Shown piece by piece: positions 25,198 to 34,983 of a DNA stretch of 64,000 nucleotides. A program made the translations under genes and the position numbers. The stretch is from an uncultured Clostridia bacterium (GTDB lineage: Bacteria > Bacillota > Clostridia > Tissierellales > DATGTQ01), in the NCBI GenBank assembly GCA_964447805.1, contig CAYUTQ010000004.1, positions 10,429 to 74,428 of the forward strand. The letters are read 5' to 3'. The number at the start of each line of letters is the position of its first letter. The first letter of the stretch is position 1. Below the pieces are notes generated by a model that had not been told where the DNA came from, did not search any database, and saw only the letters and a list, made by a program, of their open reading frames with translations.

Positions 25198-25299
25198 AAA
25201 TATTACAACAATAGCTTAAAGTATAAAAAATATTTTTATACATATTTTTATACATTTTTTATTATATGTTATAATAATTATATAAAACTAAATATAAAA

Positions 25300-25500
25300 C
25301 AATTAGGTTCTATTATATAGATTAAAAAGGGAAATTAGTGAAAAGCTAATACAGCCCCGCTACTGTAAGTGGGAACGAAATCAATAAAGATCCACCAGAT
25401 TTATTCTGGGAAGGTATTGAAAGTAGGATGAACCGCAAGTCAGGAGACCTGCCTATTTTGTATATAAGTAAGCCTTCGGTGGGAAGGAATTACTTTCTAT
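25300..25500 (+). promoter_or_regulatory. Cobalamin (B12) riboswitch
   Basis: AAAAGGGAAATTAGTGAAAAGCTAATACAGCCCCGCTACTGTAAG matches the conserved core including the B12 box (GCCCCGCnACTGT). AAGTCAGGAGACCTGCC is the usual 3' element. It lies upstream of corrinoid/cobalt transport genes. Confidence 0.8.
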
Positions 25501-25524
25501 TATTGTGTGATGAAAGTTGGAAAA

Positions 25525-25557
25525 AATCCCTGAGCCAAAAGGCTTAGGGATTTTTTA
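25525..25557 (+). terminator. Riboswitch expression-platform intrinsic terminator
   Basis: AATCCCTGAGCC-AAAA-GGCTTAGGGATT stem (one G-U) followed by TTTTTT, just before the first gene of the operon. Confidence 0.75.
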
Positions 25558-25577
25558 GATGGATTGGAGATAATAGA

Positions 25578-26573
25578 ATGGATGTAATGAAGGGAAAAAA
25601 CAAGAATTTGATTTTAACAATATTAATTTTTTTAAGTATATTTAGCTTTTTTATAAGCATTGGGAATGGTGCAGTTAAAATATCATTTAAAGAAATAGTG
25701 CAAGCAATTTTTTTAGAAAGAGATACAGTTAATTATCAAGTAATATGGAATGTAAGACTTCCTAGAACCATAGTAGCTGGACTTGTAGGAATATGTTTTT
25801 CGCTTTCAGGTGCTATATTACAAGGGATTATGAGAAATTCCTTAGCTAGTCCTGGTATTATAGGGGTATCTTCTGGGGGAGGATTTATAGCCTTAATAAT
25901 ATTAATATTATTTCCTGAATATTATTATTTAGTTCCAGTAGGAGCTTTTATTGGATCTCTTTTGGCAACAATATTTATTTATTGTTTGGCTTGGAAAGAT
26001 GGAATACTTCCGACAAGGCTTATATTAGCAGGAGTTGCAATGTCTTCTTTGTTAAATGCAGGAATAAATGCTTTAATGACATTTTTTCCAGATAGGGTTG
26101 CTGGTGTAATAGGTTTTATGGTGGGTGGTCTTTCGGCAACTACATGGGATCAAGTGTATATGTTGTTTCCTTATGCAGTCATTGGAATTATTTTAGTTAT
26201 GTTTTTGCCTGAAAAATTGAATATTTTAATGTTAGGAGATGAAGTAGCTACTGGACTTGGACTTAATGTAGAAAGGACTAGGTTTGTATTTATTATTCTT
26301 TCTTCTCTTTTGGCAGGAAGTGCAGTTAGTGTTGTAGGATTATTAGGATTTGTAGGGCTTATAATACCTCATATGGCTAGAATTTTTATAGGTTCAGATT
26401 ATAATTATTTATTTCCCGGGTGTATTTTTTTAGGAAGTTCTATAGTTATGTTATGTGATACTTTTGCTAGAGTATTGTTTGCACCTATGGAAATACCTGT
26501 AGGTATAATAATGTCTATCTTAGGTGCTCCATTTTTCTTATACTTACTTAGGAAAAAGGAGAGTGCTAAATAA
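25578..26573 (+). CDS. FecCD-family ABC permease (BtuC-like corrinoid/iron-complex importer)
   Basis: 331 aa and polytopic. FecCD signatures are present (RLPRTIVAGLVG..LSGAILQG, GLIIPHMAR). Confidence 0.85.
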   Translation: MDVMKGKNKNLILTILIFLSIFSFFISIGNGAVKISFKEIVQAIFLERDTVNYQVIWNVRLPRTIVAGLVGICFSLSGAILQGIMRNSLASPGIIGVSSGGGFIALIILILFPEYYYLVPVGAFIGSLLATIFIYCLAWKDGILPTRLILAGVAMSSLLNAGINALMTFFPDRVAGVIGFMVGGLSATTWDQVYMLFPYAVIGIILVMFLPEKLNILMLGDEVATGLGLNVERTRFVFIILSSLLAGSAVSVVGLLGFVGLIIPHMARIFIGSDYNYLFPGCIFLGSSIVMLCDTFARVLFAPMEIPVGIIMSILGAPFFLYLLRKKESAK

Positions 26574-27352
26574 TGGGGATTGAATTGAAAAATATTTGTG
26601 TAAATTATGGAGAAAAGAAAATTATAAAAGATGTGAGTTTTAAGATAAAAAATGGACAGGTAGTAACTATAATTGGTCCTAATGGTTCTGGTAAATCCAC
26701 ACTTATTAAAGTTATGTCCAGATGTTTAAAACCAATAAAAGGTAAGGTTTATTTAGATGGGGAGAATATTAATGATATTAATACTAAAGAAGTAGCTAAA
26801 AAAATGGCAATATTACCACAAGTTAAAATTGTACCATATGACATAACTGTGGAGGAATTAGTTTCTTATGGACGATATCCTCATTTGGATTTTAAACAGA
26901 AATTAAAAAATGAAGATAAGGAAATAATAAATTGGGCCATAAAAAAAACAGGACTTCAAAAATTAAGAAAGAGATTTGTCTCAACTCTTTCAGGAGGAGA
27001 AAGGCAAAGAACATGGATTGCTATGTCATTGGCTCAAAAACCTAAAATTTTGCTTCTTGATGAGCCTACTACTTTTCTTGATATATCTTATCAAATAGAA
27101 GTGTTGGAATTGATAAAAGAATTAAATGAAACATTAAATATTACTGTTGTAATGGTTCTTCATGATTTAAATCAAGCTGCTAGATATTCGGACAAACTAT
27201 TTGTTTTAAAAGAAGGTATATTATCTAAAATAGGTTGTCCAAAAGAAGTAATAAATGAATATTTGCTTAAGGATGTCTTTGGAATAAAAGCAAATGTATA
27301 TAATGATAAAATAAATAACTGCCCTTATTTTATTCCTAAAAAGTTAAACTAA
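26573..27352 (+). CDS. ABC ATPase (BtuD/FepC-like) of the importer
   Basis: Walker A GPNGSGKST, signature LSGGERQR and Walker B LLLDEPT. Start overlaps the permease stop. Confidence 0.85.
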   Translation: MGIELKNICVNYGEKKIIKDVSFKIKNGQVVTIIGPNGSGKSTLIKVMSRCLKPIKGKVYLDGENINDINTKEVAKKMAILPQVKIVPYDITVEELVSYGRYPHLDFKQKLKNEDKEIINWAIKKTGLQKLRKRFVSTLSGGERQRTWIAMSLAQKPKILLLDEPTTFLDISYQIEVLELIKELNETLNITVVMVLHDLNQAARYSDKLFVLKEGILSKIGCPKEVINEYLLKDVFGIKANVYNDKINNCPYFIPKKLN

Positions 27353-27365
27353 AAAATATATAGGT

Positions 27366-28211
27366 GTGATGAAATTGATAGAAATAAAAGGAGTTACAAA
27401 AAAGTTTAATAGCTTCACTGCTGTAGATAATGTAACTTTAAAAATTCAAGATGGAGAATTTATTGGATTACTTGGTCCTAATGGAGCTGGGAAAACTACT
27501 TTGATTAAAATGCTTACTGGTCTTTTAAAGCCAACTTTAGGAGAAATTTATATAGACAATGAAAAGGTAAGTAGAAATAATATGAATATGAAAAGAAAAA
27601 TAGGAATAGTTCCTCAATATACTAATTTGGATAGTGAGTTGACAACTTATGAAAATTTAGTATTTGCAGCTAAATTATTTAAAATTAAAAAATATAATAG
27701 AAAAGTAGAAGAATTATTAAATTTTATGGAATTAGAACAACATAGCAATAAAAAAGCTCAGAATCTTTCAGGAGGATTACAAAGAAGAGTAATGATAGCT
27801 AAATCTCTTATTAATAATCCACAAATTATTTTTTTAGATGAGCCAACAGTAGGTATTGATTTGAATGGTAGGAGAAAAATATGGGATATATTAAAGACTA
27901 TGAAATCCATGGGAAAGACTATTATATTGACTACACATTATATTGAGGAAGCTGATTATCTTTGTGAGGAAGTTTGTTTTATAAATGAGGGGAAAATATT
28001 TACAAAAGATACTCCTAAAAATTTAAAAGATGCTTTAGGGTCTTATACTGTAGAATATTTTGATGATGAGCTAAAAACTAATTATGTATTTTTTGAAAAT
28101 AAAAATAAAGCTATGGAATATGTTTCAAATATAGGTATTGATAATTATACCCTTAGAGGGATTACTCTAGAAGATGTGTTTTATAATTTTACAAATAGGA
28201 AGGTAAAATAA
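27366..28211 (+). CDS. ABC-2-type (exporter-class) ATPase
   Basis: Walker A GPNGAGKTT, signature LSGGLQRR and Walker B IFLDEPT. Paired with an ABC-2 permease downstream. Confidence 0.8.
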   Translation: MMKLIEIKGVTKKFNSFTAVDNVTLKIQDGEFIGLLGPNGAGKTTLIKMLTGLLKPTLGEIYIDNEKVSRNNMNMKRKIGIVPQYTNLDSELTTYENLVFAAKLFKIKKYNRKVEELLNFMELEQHSNKKAQNLSGGLQRRVMIAKSLINNPQIIFLDEPTVGIDLNGRRKIWDILKTMKSMGKTIILTTHYIEEADYLCEEVCFINEGKIFTKDTPKNLKDALGSYTVEYFDDELKTNYVFFENKNKAMEYVSNIGIDNYTLRGITLEDVFYNFTNRKVK

Positions 28212-28212
28212 T

Positions 28213-28944
28213 ATGGAAGTATTTACAATACTTTGGCGAGAATTTATATTTTTTAAAAGAAGATTTTCTAAAATTACAGCTTCAGCAATTATGACTCCTC
28301 TTTTATATCTTATAGCATTTGGGTGGGGGCTTGGGAAAGATATAATTATAGAAGGGGCAACTTATATGCATTTTGTAATACCAGGTGTAATTGCTCTCTC
28401 TACTATGAACACAAGTTTTAATGCTGTAGCTATAAGAGTCAATATTTCAAAATTATATGAAAGAAGTTTTGAATATTATTTAACGTCTCCAGTAAATATG
28501 TATCTACTTGCATTAGGGCATATACTTGCAGGGACATTGAGAGGTATGTATTCTGCTGGCTTGATATTGCTTGTTTCTTTTATATTTGGTATAAAGATAA
28601 AAATTGATTTATATTTTATATTAATATGTTTCTTAAATAGTTTTTTATTTGCAGCATTTGGATATGGTGCAGCTCTTTCTATAGATTCTCATTATGATAT
28701 GAGTAGATTTACTACTTATGTGTTGACTCCCATGTCATTTTTATGTGGCACATTTTTTTCATTAAAGAATTTACCTATTGCAGCTGAAAAATTTATAGGA
28801 ATTTTACCTCTTTCTCATACTTCTATTTCTTTAAGAAATATTGTATTGAAAGGGGAATTTAATCATATGTCTTTGGTAGTTTTGTCAGTTTATGCTATAG
28901 TATTTTATTTTTGGGGTGTAGCTATGAGTTATAGAGAAATGTAA
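28213..28944 (+). CDS. ABC-2 family permease
   Basis: 243 aa with about six predicted hydrophobic helices, translationally adjacent to the ATPase. Confidence 0.75.
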   Translation: MEVFTILWREFIFFKRRFSKITASAIMTPLLYLIAFGWGLGKDIIIEGATYMHFVIPGVIALSTMNTSFNAVAIRVNISKLYERSFEYYLTSPVNMYLLALGHILAGTLRGMYSAGLILLVSFIFGIKIKIDLYFILICFLNSFLFAAFGYGAALSIDSHYDMSRFTTYVLTPMSFLCGTFFSLKNLPIAAEKFIGILPLSHTSISLRNIVLKGEFNHMSLVVLSVYAIVFYFWGVAMSYREM

Positions 28945-28968
28945 TTTAAAAAAAGGAGTGTTGTTTAA

Positions 28969-29967
28969 ATGAAAAAATCAAAAATATTAATTTTAATGTT
29001 AATTGTAACATTAACTTTACCATTATTTACAGGATGTAATAATCAAAAAAAGGAGTTTGTTTCTAAAGATAAAGGAGTAAAACATGAACATGGTATACAA
29101 ATAGATGAGGATACGGTAACTTTTACAGATGCAAGGGATAAAAAGGTTATATTAGATAAAAACCCTGAAAGGGTAGTATGTTTATTTAATTCGTATTTAG
29201 ATATTTGGTGTAAATGTGGAGGCAAAGTTGTAGGGAAAGTAGAAGAAGCAGAAGAAAAACCAATAGAAGGTTCTGAAGGTGCTGAAATTGTAGGAAGCCC
29301 TGGAGAACCAAGTATAGAGAAAATTATAGCTTTGAAACCAGATTTAGTTATAATAACTGCTAATTTTAGCAAACAGTTAAAGGCAGCAGAAATGTTAGAA
29401 CAAAATGATATTAAAGTTATTGCATTGGATAATCAGTATAAAGAAAATTATTTTGAGACTGTAAGACTTTTTACAGCATTGACAGATAGAGATGATTTAT
29501 ATGAAAAATATGAAGGAGAAGTGAAAAAGGCTATAAATGATGTAATCGACAAAGCACCAAAAGATAAGGATTATAAGGTTTTGATTATTTTTGCTAGTGC
29601 AAAAAGTATAAAAGTTAAAGATTCTAATTCAATGGTTGGTGAAATGCTTAAAGATTTAAATACAGTAAATATATCTGATGCAAGTGAAGGTGACTCTAAA
29701 AATATTAAGGAATTTAGTATGGAAAAAATAATAAAGGAAGATCCAGATTTTATATTTGTACAAACCATGGGAAGTGATAAAGAAAAAATAAAGGAAAGAT
29801 TGAAGAAGGATGTAGAATCAAATTCAGCTTGGAATTCATTGACTGCTGTGAAAAATGATAGGTATATAATACTTCCTAAAGATTTATATTTGTACAAACC
29901 TAATGATAGGTATGGAGAAGCTTACGAAGGATTAGCTAAGATTTTATATCCTGAAGTATTTAAATAA
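28969..29967 (+). CDS. Periplasmic-binding-protein type 2 lipoprotein (BtuF-like substrate-binding protein)
   Basis: Signal peptide with lipobox LFTGC. Has the RVVCL....KPDLVI pattern of Peripla_BP_2 binding proteins. Confidence 0.8.
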   Translation: MKKSKILILMLIVTLTLPLFTGCNNQKKEFVSKDKGVKHEHGIQIDEDTVTFTDARDKKVILDKNPERVVCLFNSYLDIWCKCGGKVVGKVEEAEEKPIEGSEGAEIVGSPGEPSIEKIIALKPDLVIITANFSKQLKAAEMLEQNDIKVIALDNQYKENYFETVRLFTALTDRDDLYEKYEGEVKKAINDVIDKAPKDKDYKVLIIFASAKSIKVKDSNSMVGEMLKDLNTVNISDASEGDSKNIKEFSMEKIIKEDPDFIFVQTMGSDKEKIKERLKKDVESNSAWNSLTAVKNDRYIILPKDLYLYKPNDRYGEAYEGLAKILYPEVFK

Positions 29968-29981
29968 AGTAGAAAGGTTAG

Positions 29982-30722
29982 GTGATATTTATGAATAATA
30001 AAATAATGTTTTTTTGGGTACTAATATTATTAATTAGTTTTGTCCCGACTGAATCGCATGCTATGCACATAATGGAAGGATTTTTGCCAGTAGGTTGGTC
30101 AATTTTTTGGTTTATAGTGACTATTCCATTTTTAGTTGTAGGTATTAGAAGAGTTAATAAAATAATGAAGGAGGATACAAATAGAAAGATTTTATTAGGT
30201 TTGGCAGGAGGATTTGTATTTGTATTATCAGCTCTAAAAATACCTTCAGTAACAGGTAGTTGTTCTCATCCTACTGGAGTAGGATTAGGCGCAATTTTAT
30301 TTGGTCCTACTACTATGACTGTTGTTGGAATAATAGTATTATTATTTCAAGCTTTGTTACTTGCTCATGGAGGCTTAACTACATTAGGAGCAAATACTTT
30401 TTCTATGGCTGTTGTAGGTCCTTTAGTTTCTTATGGAATATTTAAGGCTTTAAAAAAGAAAGATGGAAGTAATTCTTTTGCAGTATTTTTATCAGCGTGT
30501 TTAGGAGATTTAATGACATATGTAGTTACATCTGTTCAATTATCATTGGCATTTCCAGATTCAGCAACTGGTTTTGCAGGTTCTATGGGGAAATTTTTAA
30601 GTGTATTTGCAGTAACTCAAATTCCATTAGCAATAGTAGAAGGAATTTTAACAGTAATTATATATAATTTATTATTAGAGTACAATCAGAAGGGAGTGTT
30701 AGGGAGTGAAAACATCAAGTAA
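29982..30722 (+). CDS. cbiM: Cobalt ECF transporter substrate component CbiM
   Basis: A signal-like N-terminus followed by the [11 protein letters not shown] motif characteristic of CbiM. An alternative start at 29991 is possible. Confidence 0.85.
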   Translation: MIFMNNKIMFFWVLILLISFVPTESHAMHIMEGFLPVGWSIFWFIVTIPFLVVGIRRVNKIMKEDTNRKILLGLAGGFVFVLSALKIPSVTGSCSHPTGVGLGAILFGPTTMTVVGIIVLLFQALLLAHGGLTTLGANTFSMAVVGPLVSYGIFKALKKKDGSNSFAVFLSACLGDLMTYVVTSVQLSLAFPDSATGFAGSMGKFLSVFAVTQIPLAIVEGILTVIIYNLLLEYNQKGVLGSENIK

Positions 30723-30996
30723 AAATGTTTTGCTTTTAGTATTGGCAATTGTAATTATAATTGTGCCATTAATATTTATGAAAGATTCGGAATTTGAAGG
30801 CTCTGATGATCAAGCAGAAGATGTAATAGGCCAAATAGATCCAGACTATAAACCTTGGTTTGAGAATCTTTGGGAACCACCAAGTGGTGAAATAGAAAGT
30901 TTATTGTTTTCTGTTCAAGTAGCTATTGGTGCAGGAATTATAGGATATATACTTGGACTTATGAAAGGGAAGAAACAAGTTGCTAATAATAGATAA
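30706..30996 (+). CDS. cbiN: Cobalt transport protein CbiN
   Basis: 96 aa with two TM segments flanking an acidic loop, in the position after cbiM. Confidence 0.8.
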   Translation: MKTSSKNVLLLVLAIVIIIVPLIFMKDSEFEGSDDQAEDVIGQIDPDYKPWFENLWEPPSGEIESLLFSVQVAIGAGIIGYILGLMKGKKQVANNR

Positions 30997-31660
30997 GTAT
31001 GCATATACTAATAAATTGACAGATTTTAATTCTATGGCAAAGTTTTTATTTGCCATAGGAACTCTTATTATAGTTATATGGATAAATAATATATATGTTG
31101 ATTTATTGATGTTTGGAATTATGTTTGTAATGACTACATTTATAGCCCAAATACCAGTAAGAGTATATTTGAAACTTTATATTTTGCCAGGTATTTTTCT
31201 TTTATTTAGTATAATACCTATTCTTATAAATGTGGGGAAAACAGATATATTTCTTTATTCTATAAAGATTGGCAGGAGATATTTTGGTATAGGAAATGAC
31301 ACAATAAATACGTCTTTAATTACTGCTTTTCGTGCCCTAGCTTGTATTTCTTCAACTTATTTTTTAGCTTTAACTACACCTATTAATCAACTTATCAAAA
31401 TATTTAAAGGACTAAAAATACCTAATTCTATGATAGAGTTATTAATATTAATTTACAGATTTATATTTATTTTTTTGGAAGAGGGTAAGGAAATATATAT
31501 GGCTCAAGAAATGAAATTTGGTTATTACGGAACAAAAAATAGTTTTAAATCTTTTGCTCTTCTTGTAAAATGTTTGTTTATAAGAGTATTATTGCGTTAT
31601 GAAGACATGATAATAGCTTTAGAAAGTAAATTATATAATGGGGAATTTAAAATTGGGTGA
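30980..31660 (+). CDS. cbiQ: ECF transporter transmembrane component CbiQ
   Basis: 226-aa polytopic protein with a CbiQ/EcfT-type C-terminal region (ALESKLY), between cbiN and cbiO. Confidence 0.8.
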   Translation: MLIIDKYAYTNKLTDFNSMAKFLFAIGTLIIVIWINNIYVDLLMFGIMFVMTTFIAQIPVRVYLKLYILPGIFLLFSIIPILINVGKTDIFLYSIKIGRRYFGIGNDTINTSLITAFRALACISSTYFLALTTPINQLIKIFKGLKIPNSMIELLILIYRFIFIFLEEGKEIYMAQEMKFGYYGTKNSFKSFALLVKCLFIRVLLRYEDMIIALESKLYNGEFKIG

Positions 31661-32487
31661 TGAGTGTGCTTAAGACAGAAAGATTAACCTATTTATATGA
31701 GGATGATACTATTGCACTAGAAGACATAAATGTAGATTTTAGTAAAGGAAAAAGAATTGGAATAATTGGAGAAAATGGATCTGGAAAATCTACTCTTTTT
31801 TTAAATTTGATAGGAATACTAAGGCCTAAAAAAGGGAAAGTGATATTTAATGAAAAGCCTATAAAATATAATAAGAGATTTTTGAGAGAATATAGAAAAA
31901 GAGTAAATATAGTATTTCAAGATCCTGATAAACAAATATTTTATTCTAATGTTTATGATGATGTGGCATTTGCTTTGAGGAATTTAGGATATGAGGAAGA
32001 AGAGGTTTCTATAAAAGTAGAGAATGCTTTAGCAAAGGTAGGAGCAACAGAATTTAAGAAAAAACCTGTTCATTTTCTCAGTTACGGCCAAAAGAAAAGG
32101 ATAGCAATAGCAAGTATATTAGCTATGGATGGAGAAATAGTTCTTTTTGATGAACCTACAAGTGGTTTGGATCCTTTTATGACAAAAGAAATGGTAAAGA
32201 TACTTAAAAATATTAGTAAAGAAAAAACAATAGTAATATCTAGTCATGATATGGATTTAATATATGAGATTTGTGATTATGTATATGTATTAAATAAAGG
32301 TAAAATCATAAAAGATGGATTGGTTGAAGAAGTATTTTGTCAAGAAAAAATTATTAAAAAGGCAGGCTTAAATCAACCGTGGCTTGTAAAACTTCACAAA
32401 AATTTAGGTATACCTTTATTTAGAAATGAAGAAGAATTTTATAAGTATTGGAGAGATAAAAATGGATTTAGCATTAATCGGAGTTAA
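31657..32487 (+). CDS. cbiO: ECF transporter ATPase CbiO
   Basis: Walker A GENGSGKST, signature YGQKKR and Walker B VLFDEPTSGLD. Confidence 0.85.
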   Translation: MMSVLKTERLTYLYEDDTIALEDINVDFSKGKRIGIIGENGSGKSTLFLNLIGILRPKKGKVIFNEKPIKYNKRFLREYRKRVNIVFQDPDKQIFYSNVYDDVAFALRNLGYEEEEVSIKVENALAKVGATEFKKKPVHFLSYGQKKRIAIASILAMDGEIVLFDEPTSGLDPFMTKEMVKILKNISKEKTIVISSHDMDLIYEICDYVYVLNKGKIIKDGLVEEVFCQEKIIKKAGLNQPWLVKLHKNLGIPLFRNEEEFYKYWRDKNGFSINRS

Positions 32488-32690
32488 TTACAATATATTC
32501 CCTATTGAAAGCAGAAAGAAAGTTTTTTTACTGAATTTATGCGAATAGAAATTTCTAATATATTGTTAGATAAATTTATAAATGAAGTTGTGATCTTTTC
32601 TACTTGTAATAGGAGTGAAATATATATAGTTAGTGAAAATATAGAAGATACTATTAAGACTAATTATGAAGTATTAAAGGCTATTAAATA
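32462..32690 (+). pseudogene. hemA: Glutamyl-tRNA reductase (hemA) N-terminal remnant, frameshifted and truncated
   Basis: MDLALIGVNYNIFPIESRKKVF then a frame change in a T7 run, continuing FTEFMRIEISNILLDKFINEVVIFSTCNRSEIYIVSENIED (the STCNRxEiY active-site block). It stops after about 75 codons, whereas intact HemA is about 400 aa. Confidence 0.7.
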
Positions 32691-32732
32691 AGATTGCAGG
32701 TTTTTAACTTTAGATGAAAAGAGGCTTATGGG

Positions 32733-33512
32733 ATGAAGAATGGTATACTTGTAGTTAGCTTTGGAACAACTTATGAAGAAGCTAGAAAATTATGCATAGA
32801 GAGTATAGAAAATAAAATCAGAAATGAATTTAAAGATTTTGAAGTAAGGAGAGCCTTTACATCAAATATGGTTATTAAGAAACTTAAGGAAAGAGATAAT
32901 TTATATATAGATACAGTAGAAGAGGCACTGGAGAAATTTGAAAAAGAAGGTTTTGAGGAAGTATATATTCAGTCCTTACATATAATACCGGGACACGAAT
33001 ATGAGAAAATTGCTATTCAAGTAGATAAGTATAATGAAAAGAATAGTTTTAATGTTTTGAAACTGAGTCAGCCTTTACTTTATAATAATGATGATTATTA
33101 TAGAGTTATAGAGGTATTAGATAAAGAAATAAGCACATTAAATAAAAATAAAGGTTTAATATTAATGGGGCATGGAACGGATCATAAAGCAAATGAATGT
33201 TATAGAATATTTGAAGAAAGGCTAAGGAATAAGGGATTTGAAAATGTATATATGGGGACAGTTGAAGGTTATCAACCTATTGATGAAATCATTCCTTTAT
33301 TGAAAAAAAATGAGATAAAAAAAGTAAAGTTACAACCTTTTATGTTAGTAGCAGGAGATCATGTATTAAATGATATGGTAGGAGATGAACATTCTTGGAA
33401 GGCGAAATTGGAAGAGGAAGGTTTTGAGGTAGAGGCAGAAATTAAGGGATTAGGTGAAAAAGCAAAGTTTCAGGAGATATTTATAAATAATTTAAGAAAA
33501 TCTTTTGTTTAA
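32733..33512 (+). CDS. cbiK: Sirohydrochlorin cobaltochelatase CbiK (anaerobic pathway)
   Basis: 259 aa. ILVVSFGTTY at the N-terminus and GHGTDH in the second half are typical of CbiK. Confidence 0.8.
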   Translation: MKNGILVVSFGTTYEEARKLCIESIENKIRNEFKDFEVRRAFTSNMVIKKLKERDNLYIDTVEEALEKFEKEGFEEVYIQSLHIIPGHEYEKIAIQVDKYNEKNSFNVLKLSQPLLYNNDDYYRVIEVLDKEISTLNKNKGLILMGHGTDHKANECYRIFEERLRNKGFENVYMGTVEGYQPIDEIIPLLKKNEIKKVKLQPFMLVAGDHVLNDMVGDEHSWKAKLEEEGFEVEAEIKGLGEKAKFQEIFINNLRKSFV

Positions 33513-33624
33513 AATAATATTTACTTTATATTAATGAGTATGATATATAATTATATATGACAAATTTTAAAGGGGATTAACTTCCCCTATTTTTATCGAA
33601 AAAATACTTATCTAGGAGGAAATT

Positions 33625-34983
33625 ATGGGAAGAAGAAGAAAAAGAAAGCCAATAATTGAAATGAAAATAGAACAAGTGGTTTTCCCTAATAAAGGAGTAG
33701 GTACTTATGAAGGTAATAAAGTAATAGTTAAAGGTGGAATAGTAGGGCAAATAGTGAAAGTAATATTAACTCGGAGAAAAAAAGATTATTATCAAGGGAA
33801 GATACTTGAAATTATAGAAAGGGCACCTGTAGAAAGAGATTCATCATGTCCTCACTTTAATAAATGTGGAGGGTGTATGTATCAAACATTAGACTATGAT
33901 GAAGAGTTAAATATAAAAGAGGAATTAGTAAAGGAATTGTTTAAAGAAGCTGGATTGAAAAGTGTAAATTTTTTAGGTATTGAATCTAGTCCTAGAAAAA
34001 ATGAATATAGAAATAAGATGGAATTTACTTTTGGTGATGAGGGTAAGAACTTATCTTTGGGACTTCACCAAAGAGGTAAATTTTATGAAATAGTAGGAGT
34101 TGAACACTGTAATATAGTAGATGAAGATTTTAGGAAAATTCGTGGAGAGGTAATAGAATATTTTAGAAAAAAAGATATTTCTCATTATAATAAAAAAAAT
34201 CATATAGGTATATTGAGACATTTAGTTGTTAGAAAGGCATTATCAACAGGAGAGATACTAGTAAATTTGGTAACCAGTTCCCAAGGAGAATTGGAGTTAG
34301 AGGAATTAATAGATAGATTAAATATTTTAAAATTAAATGGGAGAATAGTTGGCTTTCTTCATACTATTAATGATGGTCTTGCAGATGCAGTTAATGTAGA
34401 TAAATTAGAAATATTATATGGAAGAGATTATTTAGTAGAGAAAATATTGGGATTAAAGTTTAAAATATCTCCTTTTTCTTTTTTTCAAACAAATACTTTT
34501 GGAGCGGAAAAATTATATTCAATGGTTAGAGAATTTTCAGGAGATATTGATAATAAAGTAGTATTTGACTTATATTCAGGCACAGGTACTATTTCTATAA
34601 TAATGGCACCATTAGCTAAGAAGGTAGTAGGAATAGAAATAATAGAAGAAGCAGTAAACATGGCAAAGGAAAATGCAAAGTTAAATGGATTAGAAAATGT
34701 AGAATTTATAGCTGGTGATGTGTTAAAAGAAGTAGATAAATTGAGAGAAAAGCCAGATTTAATAATTATAGATCCTCCAAGAGAAGGAATAAATCCTAAG
34801 GCAATAGGAAAAATAATTGATTTTAATCCAGATAAATTTGTTTATGTTTCTTGCAATCCTGTGACATTAGTAAGAGATTTGAAAGAATTTGAAAATAAAG
34901 GATATAAAGTGGAAAAAGTTAAATGCATGGACATGTTTCCAAGAACGACACACGTTGAAGTAATCGTGAAACTAGAAAGATAA
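33625..34983 (+). CDS. rlmD: 23S rRNA (uracil-C5)-methyltransferase, RlmD/RumA family
   Basis: N-terminal TRAM-like domain, Fe-S cluster Cys set (CPHFNKCGGCMYQ ... C), SAM-binding DLYSGTGT and catalytic-end motif VSCNP. Confidence 0.85.
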   Translation: MGRRRKRKPIIEMKIEQVVFPNKGVGTYEGNKVIVKGGIVGQIVKVILTRRKKDYYQGKILEIIERAPVERDSSCPHFNKCGGCMYQTLDYDEELNIKEELVKELFKEAGLKSVNFLGIESSPRKNEYRNKMEFTFGDEGKNLSLGLHQRGKFYEIVGVEHCNIVDEDFRKIRGEVIEYFRKKDISHYNKKNHIGILRHLVVRKALSTGEILVNLVTSSQGELELEELIDRLNILKLNGRIVGFLHTINDGLADAVNVDKLEILYGRDYLVEKILGLKFKISPFSFFQTNTFGAEKLYSMVREFSGDIDNKVVFDLYSGTGTISIIMAPLAKKVVGIEIIEEAVNMAKENAKLNGLENVEFIAGDVLKEVDKLREKPDLIIIDPPREGINPKAIGKIIDFNPDKFVYVSCNPVTLVRDLKEFENKGYKVEKVKCMDMFPRTTHVEVIVKLER

